Source of the DNA: Balanoglossus misakiensis
Lineage: Eukaryota > Animalia > Hemichordata
DNA: 64,000 nt
Reading direction: 5' to 3'
Assembly: GCA_040954595.2 (NCBI GenBank)
Contig: CM082590.2
Coordinates: 3,534,001-3,598,000 of the forward strand
Shown here: in pieces, positions 12,001 through 23,620 of the stretch
How the letters are laid out: each line of letters starts with the position of its first letter
Position numbering within the stretch: position 1 is the first letter of the stretch
Notes under the pieces: model-generated
What the model was told of the DNA's origin: nothing
Seen by the model: only the letters and a program-made list of their open reading frames with translations
Databases searched by the model: none
Translations under genes and position numbers: made by a program

Positions 12001-15000
12001 CTTGAAATTTTCAATCACTCCAAGTACTCTAACAGATAAACATGGCGGACGTGATACACCTGACACACACAATCCCCTGTTTCTCTGTTGATGTAAGTTG
12101 AAGTCTGGCCCGCTATGAACCCAATATTGGCATGGGACATCTTGAAATTTTCAATCACTCCAAGTACTCTAACAGATAAACATGGCGGACGTGATACACC
12201 AGACACATACAATCCTCGTGTTTCTCTGTTGATGTAAGTTGAAGTCTGGCCCGCTATGAACCCAATATTGGCATGGGACATCTTGAAATTTTCAATCACT
12301 CCAAGTACTCTAACAGATAAACATGGCGGACGTGATACACCTGCCACACACAATCCCCTGTTTCTCTGTTGATGTAAGTTAATATTTAGGTATAGCCTGC
12401 TATGAACCCAACGTTGGTACGTACGGTACATCAATGTTATAATTATTTAATGTTGCTAGGAAACATCAGAAAAAGAATTGTCTAAACCAGTCTGGACATT
12501 TCTCTCAAATTTGTCTTTAAAAAAAAAAACGTTTGCAGTATCCATTGTAGGGAACCGAAATCATCTATGTCTTTTTTTTTCAATTTTAAACTCTAAACGT
12601 TCTGGTTCACTGAATTTAACAAAAAACATAAAATGAAAATCGTGCAAATAAGTGTGAAAGTGGAATTCACTAAACAAATTGAATTCGCCCTTCTAATAAA
12701 CATAACAACTTTGTTTGTTGAATTTATGTGACCAATCTGATTAAAAACAGATGTAGAGTTAGGCATGGTCTTTACATATGGTGATCGTTTTAGCCGTTCA
12801 GTTCTCTGACTTGGCCGTTCTCGGTTGGACGGTCCCTTTCCGAACAGAAAGGCCAAGAATCAGCGATAGTAAAGCCACCGCCTAACTCTACATCCTATTT
12901 AACCAGATAGTTTTGTGACAATATGGGACGGTCTCTAAGCTTACAATGGCACACAATGCATGTGGCACATGCAATCACTAGTTTCCTTCACAAATAAAGA
13001 TTTCGTCCAAATGGCAACTCTTCAGCCTGCAATGACACAGATTCCACATATTCTTCGGGTGTCCGCAAATGAAACATTTCAGCCTGGCCTTGTCACGACT
13101 CTGATATTCTCCCTGTATTCCCCATAGACAAGCACTATGTCCTTACTCTGGCATTGTTCTATGTCCACCGAGGAACAGTATCATGTTGATCTCCAATGAT
13201 GTGTGTTTATTCACTCTAGTAATTCCTACAGCTAAGATATCCATCACAGAGCCAGAGGAAATAAATATTACAATCAATCAATCAACAGCTGACCAACCTC
13301 AAAGGTTCAAATCACGCCTGAAGAATACACTTGTAATACAAACACCACAGACTAAAGAAATCCACACTTTTTGTTTATAAGGGCAATCAACGGCAATCTT
13401 TTCCATGACCATATTCACCTGAATTCCAGATTGACTTACGACGTGGGATTTTTAATCTCTATGTTGTGTCGCTTTTGGGGTTTTAATTTTTTTGTAAACA
13501 CTTTCATTTATTATGACATTTGCATCCATCTAGAATTGTCAACAACCGCGCCACAGACTGTTACTGGTCACAATATACAGATAATTGGACATTTCATCCA
13601 ACACTATGTTCTTATTTGTTTCGGTTTCAAATTTTCTTTCTAACTTCAAATTGCTATAAGAGAAACAAAGGATGAAACAAGCTTTATTGTCTGACACATG
13701 TTTTCTATTTCAAATGCATTAAGCTTGTATATCAAACACAGGAAACTTTTGCATTCATCAATAAAGTCAAGGTCAAATATTTTGCCGCTTCAGATTCGTT
13801 ACCTGTGTGACTTGGTTGTACGTGTGAAATGTTGAGTGAGGCAGTGTAAATACTTACCACGCCACCGTATTCACCCTTTGCATTGACATCGTACCCATCA
13901 GTTATCAACGACCGAATCCTTGCAACATCACCATTCTCAGCGGCTTTAATGAGATCCTATAACATTCAGTGAAACATACAATTGTTATTTTTTAATTATT
14001 CCGTCAAATATAAATTTCTTCAGTATTTGAACTGATCTTCGATAATGAATAAACAAAATCACAAACACCAAGAAAGTGCACTGTTACATCACATTGTATA
14101 AACATTTTGCATCGATGATATGGTAACCCTTACGAAAAAAAATAGCGTCAAGGACACTGTGGTCCCATTTGAGGATTATGCGGAAACAGTGACACACCAG
14201 AATAACAATTACAGGCGACATTGCAAGCAGATATGATCGTAGGATATAGAAATATGGAATGTAACAAAATTAACAAGGAACATGCCCAATAAACTGTCAA
14301 ATTGCAAAGCAATCTGGCATGTGGTTTTAAAGAAAAAATATAGCTGCAAGCAGCAATAGCGGGCCCAAGCCAACATAGAACATAGCAACATAGCAAAAAG
14401 CATATCTGCTCTGGATGCCAAGATATGGAAAAGTAGGTCAAAGGTCACCTGAGGTCATGCAAAATTTGGGCAAGAAATTTTGACCCTATACTGGTCCATG
14501 TTCAACAAAAACCAAACCTACAGCCCTATTGGTTAGCCTGGAATTAGGTATGCACATAATTAATGAGATATGCAGGTGTCACAGGTGACCCATAATTTGG
14601 CTTTATTATTTTAGTCCCAACCCTCCAAACGCCAAGTCTGTACCTGCTCTGGATGCCAAGATATGGTAAAGTAGGTCAAAGGTCACCTGAGGTCATGCAA
14701 AATTTGGGCAAGAAATTTTGACCCTATACTGGTCCATGTTCCACAAGAACGAAACCTCTAGCCCTATTAGTTAGCCCGGAATTAGGTATGCACATAATTA
14801 ATGTGTTAAGCAGGTGTTACAGGTGAGCCCAAAAATTCGCCTTTTATTGTGGCCGCATTGTGCTTACTTACCAATAGACAGTCACTGTACAGGACTATTG
14901 CACAGACCAGAATTCCACGATAAGACGTGGACATAGCTTAACCATAGAGGTATAAGTAAAGGTATAAATTTAATAAAAAGACTAAAAAATTCATAAAAAA

Positions 15001-15693
15001 TAAAAAATCCATGATATTAACTTAACACTTACAGGTCGATGTGAGGTTGACATAAGGTACATGCATACCAATTTTTAAAGCAATCTGACCAGTAGTTGTT
15101 GACTTTCAGAGTTTTGATAAATTTCACATTTTACAGGCTAATTTGCATATTTTTGGGCCTGGCAACTTCGTTTGAACAAACTCCCATCTACAGCCCAGCC
15201 TGCACCTACACACCAAATATTGAGGTGATACGCACAGCGGTTTTCAAGTTTTTGATGTGGACGGACATACAGACATACATACATCCATCCATACATACAT
15301 ACATACATACATCCATACATACATACAGACGCAACCGATCCCATAAGGTCCCATGGTATATAGGCCTATACCAATGGGACCTAAAAAGGGCCTGCTGCAA
15401 ACTCCTCCCGCAAATTTGCAGCAGGATTCTGCAAACTCACTGCAAACTGTTGCTGCAAAGTGGCAAACAGTCCTGATTTTACCATGCAAATTAGGGGACT
15501 TGCAAATTTGCTGCAAACTTCCAGCAACAAGATTTTGAATACTGCAGTGAGTTCAAAGCAATTTGAATACTGCAGTGAGTTCACAGCAATTTGAATACTG
15601 CAGTGAGTTCACAGCAATCAAGATTGCCACCTTGGAAATTTGAACATTGCAGTGAGTTTGCAGCAAAGCCAATTAACTAGGGGTACCATTGAA

Positions 15694-15724
<31 letters not shown>

Positions 15725-18700
15725 AAACACACTTTTTCTCTGCTTGAAAATAAATGAAGCAATATTAGATAAAAGGTTATTTTTACATCTTAAAAAACTT
15801 CCCACCTACACTATTTACGAAGGTGGTGTTCATGATTTAAGATAGTTATTTTGTTTACAATTGCTTTAAGAATTTCCAAATAATGTTGATTTTGCAATGA
15901 CAAAGCCTTTGCTTCAGACTCAGTGTACATTCCAGATGTAGCACGATTGAGAAATTGCAGTTTTTACCATGAAATATCGTACCTCTATGAAAAACAACTG
16001 TCAAATAAATTATCATTGGCCATTCAATGCACATACAAAGACGATCAGCTTCTATATTTAAACACGTTCACTCATGATTTAAACACAAGAAATGGATGCT
16101 TAGACACATGGCGATATCCTTGTAATAATGTCAGGACGTTTATTAATAAATCAATCCCGGTTAAAGAATGCAAACATAGTTCATTTCGTTGCAATATCCA
16201 ACAGTACAGACAACAAGTAACAGTAAATTTGCCTGGTGTTTAAAACTAAATGCGAGATGGTCATGAACGGAACTGAACTGACTCGCCGGCGCCCATTACA
16301 GCAACAATGAACAGTATGCCGTATGGACGGACGCGACTGACAACATGCAGCAAAGTCTAGCTAAAAGATTTACCTATCTTTTAACGATCAATTCATCAAA
16401 ACGGCAGCATCGCTGATGGTATAAAATCGCCCTTTCCGAATGGATGAGGATGATAAACATGTCTGACGAACACTGGGACCGCGACATAATCCTTAGAAGT
16501 GTTTACAACAAGAAAACCGTTAAAATATGGCGGGTGTACCTCGCGCATGCGCACAACGCTATTTTCGTGTCATAACCGGAAATAGAGCTCATAGCTATAA
16601 CATTGATCGACTGTGAGTTAGGATCGACTGACGATATTTATAGAAGAAAAATATGTAAAGTAGGATTTGAGTAACCATGAAATATACTCATTTTTTGGAA
16701 AAAAAAGTATGCTTTATTAAATGTAGGGATCTTGTACACTATACTGGGACCTAGCCTGGCCCCAGACCAGTGTTAAGAATTTCTATATATCTAAAACACA
16801 CTGGTCTGTGTGTATTATACAAGCTTGTCTGGGGCGGTTCACAAGCTGTATTCAAGCTTGTAATTTTAAGCCGTAATCTTATCCAAGCTTGTAAAACCTT
16901 TATACAAGCTAAAAGCTAGCATTTCAAAGTTGTGTCATCCTTGCAGCAAGCTTGTACAAGGTTGTGACATCTTGGTGACTTTCGTAACTAATCCACAAGT
17001 TCAATTTGAATAGTTATAAATATCAAATAATTTGCTGGTCTATCCTGGAATCAGAGCCAAAAATCTAACCTGGTCAACATTTAATTTGTAAAAAACTACT
17101 ATCCAATGTGCTTGTTTTGCTCACCCCTCATTGTCAGCAATGGTAGATCACATTTGCTGAATGTGTGGCTGGAGACCATAGGACAGCATAGCCATGTACC
17201 CGGTACTAACACTGGGCCCTGACAATCTCTTTGTACAGTGTAGTTGTGACCTTTAACCTATAGATTGCTTGGAAATCACAAGCTCATTCTGACCATTAAC
17301 AAGTTGCAGTGACTTCACAGCAACCGTTTTTATTTGCTGTAAATTCACTGCACAAGTTTGATTTGCTGTGAATTCTCTGCACAACATGTTTGGGGATTGT
17401 TCACTTTGCATTGAGTTTGCAGAATCCTGCAAACTTCTGCAAACCCTCAATCAGCCAATCTGCAAACTATATGCCTGCTGGGTATTGGCAGCAAACTCAT
17501 AACCATCTCCCAGCAAAAATATTTTTTCGTAAGGGAAAGTATTCTAATTACACATAAACGTACACGGCTTACACCAAAATATAGATACATGTACTGGAAA
17601 ATGCCCCGATGAGTCCATGAACTCATGATAAGGCAACGGTCTCAAGAGAACGGTGAAGAAATGAAATGAGAGTATCACTGTGAATGTTTGTCCAAACTGT
17701 GTGAGCAAGTTATTGTGTAGCTGTAGTAGTGTGTGGGTCATGCGAAGGCTTTGTATACCTGTTCGCTGATGTGCTTCCCAAGAAGCATTTTTGACTGTTT
17801 GATAGGGCTTGCATGATATCCATAAAAGAAACGTGAACAAGGTTATGGTCAATTGACTGTCCAACTACTCTATTGTTATAGTCTACAGATTTGGGATGTC
17901 GTCCTGTTGGTCAGAACATGGAATCCACAACCGACGGTCAGCAATGAACGGATAACACTTGTTTCTGTTGTGATCAGCCACAAAGTCACGGTTGACGTAG
18001 ACAAGCTGCTTTCTATCGGTTAGAATGTCTCACTTTTATAGTAGTTAACCATATGCGCATAGGGACTGGTCAGTTTCTTCGGCCGGGGGTGGATTCTATT
18101 TTGTGGATATCCAAAAGTGACTGACCGCTCCCCTCCTTCATTGACCATGCAAAATTGGATGACCCCTATCACCCAATTCCAAAACAGGGTGACCTCCCCC
18201 AGGCCAAAAAAAACTGACCATTCCCCTATTTCTTGATTTTTATGCCATTATTCTTTGGAGTTGTGGATAATTCACGCACGCGCACAATATCCCTTCATGG
18301 GAAAATGTGAATTTTTGTGAATTTTGAATGCGAATAATAAAACATGGTGCAGAAATTGCTGAAAGGAAACCATTCCATCGGTGAAATTCTGAACACAAAA
18401 TACTGGAATTCCAATTCTGTGATGAAAATATTGTTTATAAGTCAGTAGATATCACAACTTCATGTTTACACGCGCACCGATGTTATTGCATTTCTTTTGG
18501 GGTTACAACAAATATGTGTTCTTGGAGAGAGTGTTAGTGTAAAAAACGTCAAGGGGATAAATATTCATTGCTTTTTGTTGTTCCAAACTTAAGCGAGTGG
18601 TTTGGGGTCAACCGAAAATATTTGCATTTGACATGCCTCACGTCATGCATTATTTTCGTGATTTTACTATCAAAGTTCGGTTGGTTCATGTTTAAAAGTT

Positions 18701-20757
18701 TATAATAATAATAATAATAATTTATTTGTATAGCGTCAGTATCCACAAAAAAATGTGATCAATGACGCTTAAAGCAAAAGTACAATACAACAAATGGCTA
18801 AAAAACAGATTTAAAAAGTAAAGTTTTAACATTTGATTTAAAAACAGATAAGTCTGGTGCCTGGCGAATGATGAGTGGAAGATTATTCCAAAGAATTGGA
18901 GCAGCAACAGTAAAAGCGCGATCACCATAACTCTTGGTGCGTGATCGAACAGGGCAGAGTTTGAACTGATCAGCTGACCTTAAATTGCGACATGGAACAT
19001 ATAGATTAGTCATGCTAGAAAGATAGATTGGACCAAGTTTATGAATGGATTTAAAAATGAGAACTAACATCTTAAAAACAATACGCTCTGTAACAGGTAG
19101 CCAGTGCAACTGATACAAAATTGGAGTGATGTGACAGGTGATTTTAGAACGAGTTACAATTCTAGCAGCAATATTCTGAACGCGTTGGATACGGTTGATT
19201 GAATACTTCGGGAGCCCAAATAAAAGTGAATTACATGAATCAATTCGAGACGTAATGAATGCATGAACTAATTGCTCTGTAGCTGAATGAGATAAATATT
19301 TGCGGATAAGCGCAATGCGACGTAAATGAAAAGTGGCAGAGCGGCAGATCTGTCCAATATGTGGCTTCATTGTCAGACAAGAGTCAAGGATCACTCCAAG
19401 GCTCTTAGCCTGACAATGGACGGGAATCAGAGAATCGCCAACACGAATTTCTGAAATCCCTCTAGCAGACAGATCACCCAAAATACCAGAGAAAATAACA
19501 AATTCAGTCTTATCATCGTTTAAGCACAAGAAGTTTTCAGACATCCAAAACCTAACATCAGAAATACAAAGTTCAAGATTTGAAACAGTTCTTGCTGCGT
19601 TGTCTTTACTAAAAGACATATAAAGTGAAGAGTCATCTGCATAAAAACTATAAAGACAACCATGACTTTGAACTAATTCACCTAATGGAGACGTGTACAT
19701 ATTGAAAAGTATGGGACCAAGAACTGATCCCTGTGGTACCCCAGTGTCGAGCGGATAAAAAGGTGATTGGGTGGAATTTACAAGTACACACTGACTACGA
19801 TTGGAAAGGTATGACTTAAACCACATGAGAACAGTATCTGAGAGACCGAAGCTGTCTCTTAAGCGATTGAGTAAAATGGTATGGTTCACAGTGTCAAATG
19901 CTGCGGAAAGATCGAGTAATACCAAGAAAACATCTCTTTTTTCATCAAGAGCAAGCAAAATGTCATCAAGAGCAAGCAAAATGTTTACTCGTGAGTATGC
20001 ACACATATATCATCAACCTGTCGTTTCGTCTGTCAGCAAAGGATACGGAGAAGATTGAGTCAGCTCATGGGGAATTAATGATTATCCACGCCATGCCTGC
20101 GTCACCTTGAATGAACTCATTTCGGGTCAAAGGTTATCATCCTTTGATATGGCGTCAATCCAGACTGCCCCATATATAGACACATTGCTAGACATGGTTA
20201 CAAAGTAGGCCTGACACAGACATGGATTTCAATGGGTGTTTTATCTAAAGCTACAACTTGCTCATAAAATTGTGTTTACTTGGGACTTGCTCAACCGGTA
20301 AAATATTTTTTGAAAAATATCGCTCAATGGAGACTTTGACTTGTGAATGGAAAACATTATGATTAGTGTGACTTTTTTGTCAACTTGATAATTGTTTATT
20401 TATCAATGCACTATCTAGCAATACACACAGACACTAGAAGTTTCTATATTTTCCGTGTGTCGGGCAAGCTGATCCGTTGAAAAAAAAAACTATTAGACAC
20501 CGCCTAGCGCCACAAGTCTAAACGAAACAGTCATTTGTTTTGTGACCAAAATGTCTGGTTAAATTTACGTGCATGGAGTTGAAGGGAGAAATTTTGAACA
20601 ACAGTCCACAGTCCACAAAACAAACAAAATGTAAACCACTTGTAAAAACAGTCGTCGTACGCGTCACTGCCGGACATCGTTGCCCTTGGTGTGAAATGTC
20701 AGTTACTACAGTTAACAATTCGCTTACCTGTGGATCCTTAAATTTTCCGGAAGCCAT
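735..20757 (-). CDS. Multi-exon ankyrin-repeat protein gene (5' part; continues toward or beyond the window start). Exons 20728-20757, 13858-13956, 11425-11523, 9930-10028, 6997-7095, 4891-4989, 2175-2273, 1566-1664, 735-773
   Basis: Manual splicing of AG..GT/GC-bounded phase-0 exons gives one open frame: MASGKFKDPQ|DLIKAAENGDV..|SESTALHAAARGN..|IGEAPLHKAARNG..|SESTALHAAAWGN..|SRWTALHATAVGN..|DGNTPIHLAAYYG..|EGDTPIHVAVRND..|AGKTQMDLAADSK, matching the G-x-T-P/A-L-H..G-A-D-V-N ankyrin consensus. Confidence 0.85.
1290..1560 (-). mobile_element. Helentron/DINE-like non-autonomous element fragment
   Basis: Shares aggtacatgcataccaatttt..gtgatacgc..tttttgatgtggacgga with 15050-15270. Confidence 0.55.
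1566..1664 (-). CDS. Ankyrin exon EGDTPIHVAVRNDYVNIVRLLLEYKADINIHNK (GC donor)
   Basis: tgacag acceptor; exactly 99 nt ending at AAG|GCAAGT. Confidence 0.8.
2175..2273 (-). CDS. Ankyrin exon DGNTPIHLAAYYGQEGAALLLLKAKCSVNIQNK
   Basis: ttacag acceptor, GTAAGT donor, 99 nt, TPxHLAA motif. Confidence 0.9.
3011..3060. repeat. (ATC)n microsatellite
   Basis: Direct reading of the sequence. Confidence 0.95.
3739..5850. repeat. Ankyrin exon cassette copy 1 (internally deleted, right-truncated)
   Basis: Starts tgtggtgatagggc..cctttgagggtacattaacatcac; colinear with 5853-8728 and 10238-13737. Confidence 0.9.
4891..4989 (-). CDS. Ankyrin exon SRWTALHATAVGNKLEAAQVLIDHGADVNAKND
   Basis: atttcag acceptor, GTAAGT donor, 99 nt. 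Confidence 0.9.
5853..8728. repeat. Ankyrin exon cassette copy 2
   Basis: Near-identical to copies 1 and 3; ends at aaatgcattaagcttgtatat.aaaca. Confidence 0.9.
6997..7095 (-). CDS. Ankyrin exon SESTALHAAAWGNKLEAAQVLIDHGADVNAKND
   Basis: atttcag acceptor, GTAAGT donor, 99 nt. Confidence 0.9.
9930..10028 (-). CDS. Ankyrin exon IGEAPLHKAARNGSGDVVKLLLQSNASVDVQTN
   Basis: ccacag acceptor, GTAAGT donor, 99 nt, PLHxAA motif. Confidence 0.9.
11425..11523 (-). CDS. Ankyrin exon SESTALHAAARGNKLEAAQVLIDHGADVNAKNV
   Basis: atttcag acceptor, GTAAGT donor, 99 nt. Confidence 0.9.
11858..12420. repeat. 140/141-bp tandem repeat, about 4 copies
   Basis: cttgaaattttcaatcactccaag recurs at 12001, 12141 and 12282. 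Confidence 0.9.
13858..13956 (-). CDS. Ankyrin N-cap exon DLIKAAENGDVARIRSLITDGYDVNAKGEYGGV
   Basis: ttatag acceptor, GTAAGT donor, 99 nt; LxxAAxxG..G-x-D-V-N pattern. Confidence 0.85.
14127..17535. mobile_element. Non-autonomous CMC/EnSpm-type DNA transposon
   Basis: TIRs CCCTTACGAAAAAA / TTTTTTCGTAAGGG flanked by a 2-bp AA duplication; dense subterminal tgca-rich repeats including a 28-bp tandem at about 15535-15620. Confidence 0.75.
14142..15387 (-). mobile_element. Helentron/DINE-1-like non-autonomous element (composite) nested in the EnSpm left end
   Basis: Terminal hairpin ggtcccatgg..caatgggacc, matching ggtcccatt near the other end, (CATA)n microsatellite, A/T-run insertion site, internal 239-bp tandem duplication (14406/14645). 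Confidence 0.65.
18703..19985 (-). mobile_element. 5'-truncated L2/CR1-group LINE with open RT C-terminal ORF (stop at 18798)
   Basis: LLDLSAAFDTV, GVPQGSVLGPILF, YADD, LHWLPV motifs; 3' tail aataaa(tta)n at about 18703-18726. Confidence 0.92.
20728..20757 (-). CDS. Probable first coding exon of the ankyrin gene, MASGKFKDPQ
   Basis: atcATGG context, CAG|GTAAGC phase-0 donor that joins the N-cap exon in frame. Confidence 0.65.
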
Positions 20758-20799
20758 GATTACGTCATTGACATTGTGTTGGAATACTTCAAGTATCTG

Positions 20800-20900
20800 G
20801 ATCAGTATCACCGCTCGCTAGAGTTGAACAAGTCACCTTCTTATGTGTTCAAAATGGCGTTGACTACCTGGTCAGGTGACGTTGACAAACTTTTCGGGAC
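20800..20900 (-). promoter_or_regulatory. Putative promoter of the ankyrin gene
   Basis: YY1-like AAAATGGCG (20851-20859) and CpG-richer sequence just upstream of the ATG exon. Confidence 0.35.
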
Positions 20901-21204
20901 ATAGTCTGATAAATGAGAAAGTACGTTAAAACAACAAAAAATACCGGCTTTTGGTCAAAGTTCATGACACCATAAATGTGTGATATATGAAATATACGTC
21001 GATACTATGGTGACGTCACAGCATAATTCATTCAATTTGTTTGTTTCTGAGTTAATCACAAAATTAGTTCGCACTTTAAAACAACAGAGTAATGAGAGTA
21101 TGAGCAACACATGACGTGAATGAAGTGACATATCTCCACTTCGCAATACTCAGTCCAGGACTATGACATCGCTCATGATGACCATGATTCTAACTGAACC
21201 TCGT

Positions 21205-21980
21205 CTGCCACACACTTCATCAACTACATGGAGCATACGGGCGTTTCTCGCAGGCTTCCGCGGGCGTGAGTAGGCTCTGGCCCCGCCGAGTGAGAAAGGT
21301 AACGCACCGTGTCGGTGTTTAAGCAGGCGCGGTATGTAACGCATGGAGACAGGAAAAGGAGGGGTGGCTAACATGCCGCATCTCCAGGCTTCCCCTGGCG
21401 GGACCTCGCTCAAGTCCCCGCCGAGTTAGAAAGGTAACGCGCCGTGTCGTGTTTAAGCAGGCGCGGTAGAGACAAACCTGGTCGACCCCCAGAGAGTACG
21501 GGTTCTGTTCCGCACTCAACGGGAGGAATTTGCACTGTCCCCTGGCCTGGCCAGGGAGCACCTGTACCAAGATTGGCCGTTGTCGGCTCCTCCGAGGTAT
21601 CTCCGTCATCGCCAACGGTAAGTACAGTTGCTCTGGGTTCCACAGGGCCTAGTCGCAACTGTCCCCGCAGAGGGAGGGGGGTAAAAACACCATACGCGGA
21701 GAATAACTTTTTGGCCCCTCTGCGGGTAGGCGCGCCGGAACTAAAAGGAATGGTGGTCTGCCACACACATCAACTATAGAGTATACGTGGCCCTGCAGAG
21801 TTTGAAGGAAACGCCGTGTAAGCTAGGGAACGCGCCGTGACGGTGACATTTGCACGGGTGCGGTATATAACGCATGGAGACAGGAGAAGGAAGGGCAGCT
21901 GGCGTGCTGCCTCTCCGGGGTTCCCCCGGGGGACCTCGCTCATGTCCCCGCCGCGTTAGATAGGGAACGTGCCGTGTCGA
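21205..21980. repeat. GC-rich segment with a diverged direct repeat (about 21205-21460 vs 21760-21980)
   Basis: taacgcatggagacagga..ggacctcgctca.gtccccgccg.gttaga occurs twice. Confidence 0.65.
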
Positions 21981-23329
21981 TGTCGATGTCCTTTAAGCGG
22001 TTATGCTTGCCAGAACTCTATACATGTATAAGGGGGAGTGGTTGTCAATATTTTCATAATATTCTACCTTTTTCAGCAATAATTATGTAAAAAGAGGTTT
22101 TTCGGAAATTGGAAAATGATGTTCGTACTGTTCGCAACACTAACACAGAGATTGGCGGTCATTTTGAACTTCAAATTTTAGACCATTTAATTATTATTCT
22201 TAATTTTAAGAGAACATAATTTAAAGTTGCTTTGAGCAAAATATGAGTAAATTTTAAGACGTCTTCTACCCAAATAATAATGATCACACATGCAGAATTT
22301 GCATTGGATCCTGTTACTACATGTATCACATAACATTGGCTTAGAAACAGGAGGTTAAGTGAATAACATATCAGACGATATTCCGAGTATTCATGACAAT
22401 TTTGTTGATTCTCTAGTACAGCAGCAGACACAAAATTGTGCGAACCTTAGTTTAGATACCTAGGACTGGTCGTATTCAGTGACTAAAGGTATGTTTGGAT
22501 TGATTGATAAACGTCCATTTACAGAATGTAAGCTTTGATTCTATAGTTTCTGCTGAGAGATATCATGAACAGGTACATTTCACGACCTCATTAATTAAGC
22601 CTATACGTCAAACTGTTTATCACTAAGACGAAGAACGATCATTGCATTCAAAATGGGTATGGTACGTGTCACTGTATATTGGAGACAGCAATCCACTCCA
22701 AAAGGAGGAAGAATCACCCAGTACATACAGGTGCACAAACTTTTTTCTTTGGAATAGTTCTGGGCTTATCGGGGCCATTTTGATTTCAAATCTTGCAATC
22801 AGCAACGCAATCATCTCTCTTGAAATGGTAGCTGGGGAGTTTATACTTACACGAATAATTGGAATGTGAGGCAAGAGTATATTTTACATGTAAACATATT
22901 TTATGAGCTGCATTTTAGTTTCAAATATGTCACCAAAATCAGGAGCAAATCACGATCACTGCTCGTGCACATAATGCCTGGTGTCTAAATCTGATCAAGA
23001 AACACTGTGTAGCAGAGGGAATTAGTTGAATGGTTTCATCACATAATGTGATTCCTATTCAGATAAGTGTAATCATTTGGTTAAGTAGTGGCTTGAAAAA
23101 CTAAAGGTATCGATAACTTTACACTTGGTCACATTTCAGAGTTATTTTTTGCGCGATAATGTGATCAGTTACTGATCAGCTGTGTACATCTATTCATCCA
23201 GCCATCAATTCATACCTGACCTGGTGCTTATTTCAATGACTAGTATAATACTGGCATTGGCTTTATATTGTATTTCTCAAAGGTTTAGCCCCATTGGCGT
23301 TAATCTCACATTTATAATCTTTGAGAGCA

Positions 23330-23620
23330 TTTTTTTTCCAATCTTACTGTATAGAAAGGGAAGTTTGGCGTTTCTATATAAGGCTGACCAAATTGAAATA
23401 GTGCATAACAAATGTTGTCGTTTTATTTTGAGATTGTATGGCAATGCGACCACTACCGCTGTTAGAGGTGAGTTAGGGCGTTTTACAATACGTATATGCT
23501 TAGACTTGGAAGGATGATCAAATATTGGCTGCGCTTACTTTCCATGCCACAGAAACGTATTGTGCACATGTTATATTTTTCAATACAAAGAAGCTGAAAC
23601 TTGTCAACCATGTTGGGATA
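23330..23620 (+). mobile_element. Decayed RTE-X-like LINE fragment (second copy at about 34780-35070)
   Basis: DQIEIVHNKCCRFIL..TTAVRGELGRF resembles IEKVQRTWCRIFLG..NEAVIGECGRL at 47787+. Confidence 0.65.

Larger units (their letters stand above)
10238..13737. repeat. Ankyrin exon cassette copy 3
   Basis: Colinear with copy 2, plus an internal minisatellite expansion. Confidence 0.9.

Noticed and set aside
11881-12434. Repetitive 139-aa ORF
   Set aside because: Translation of the 140/141-bp minisatellite; no splice signals or domain
15096-15584. MYVCMY-type ORFs
   Set aside because: (CATA)n microsatellite and TE subterminal repeats
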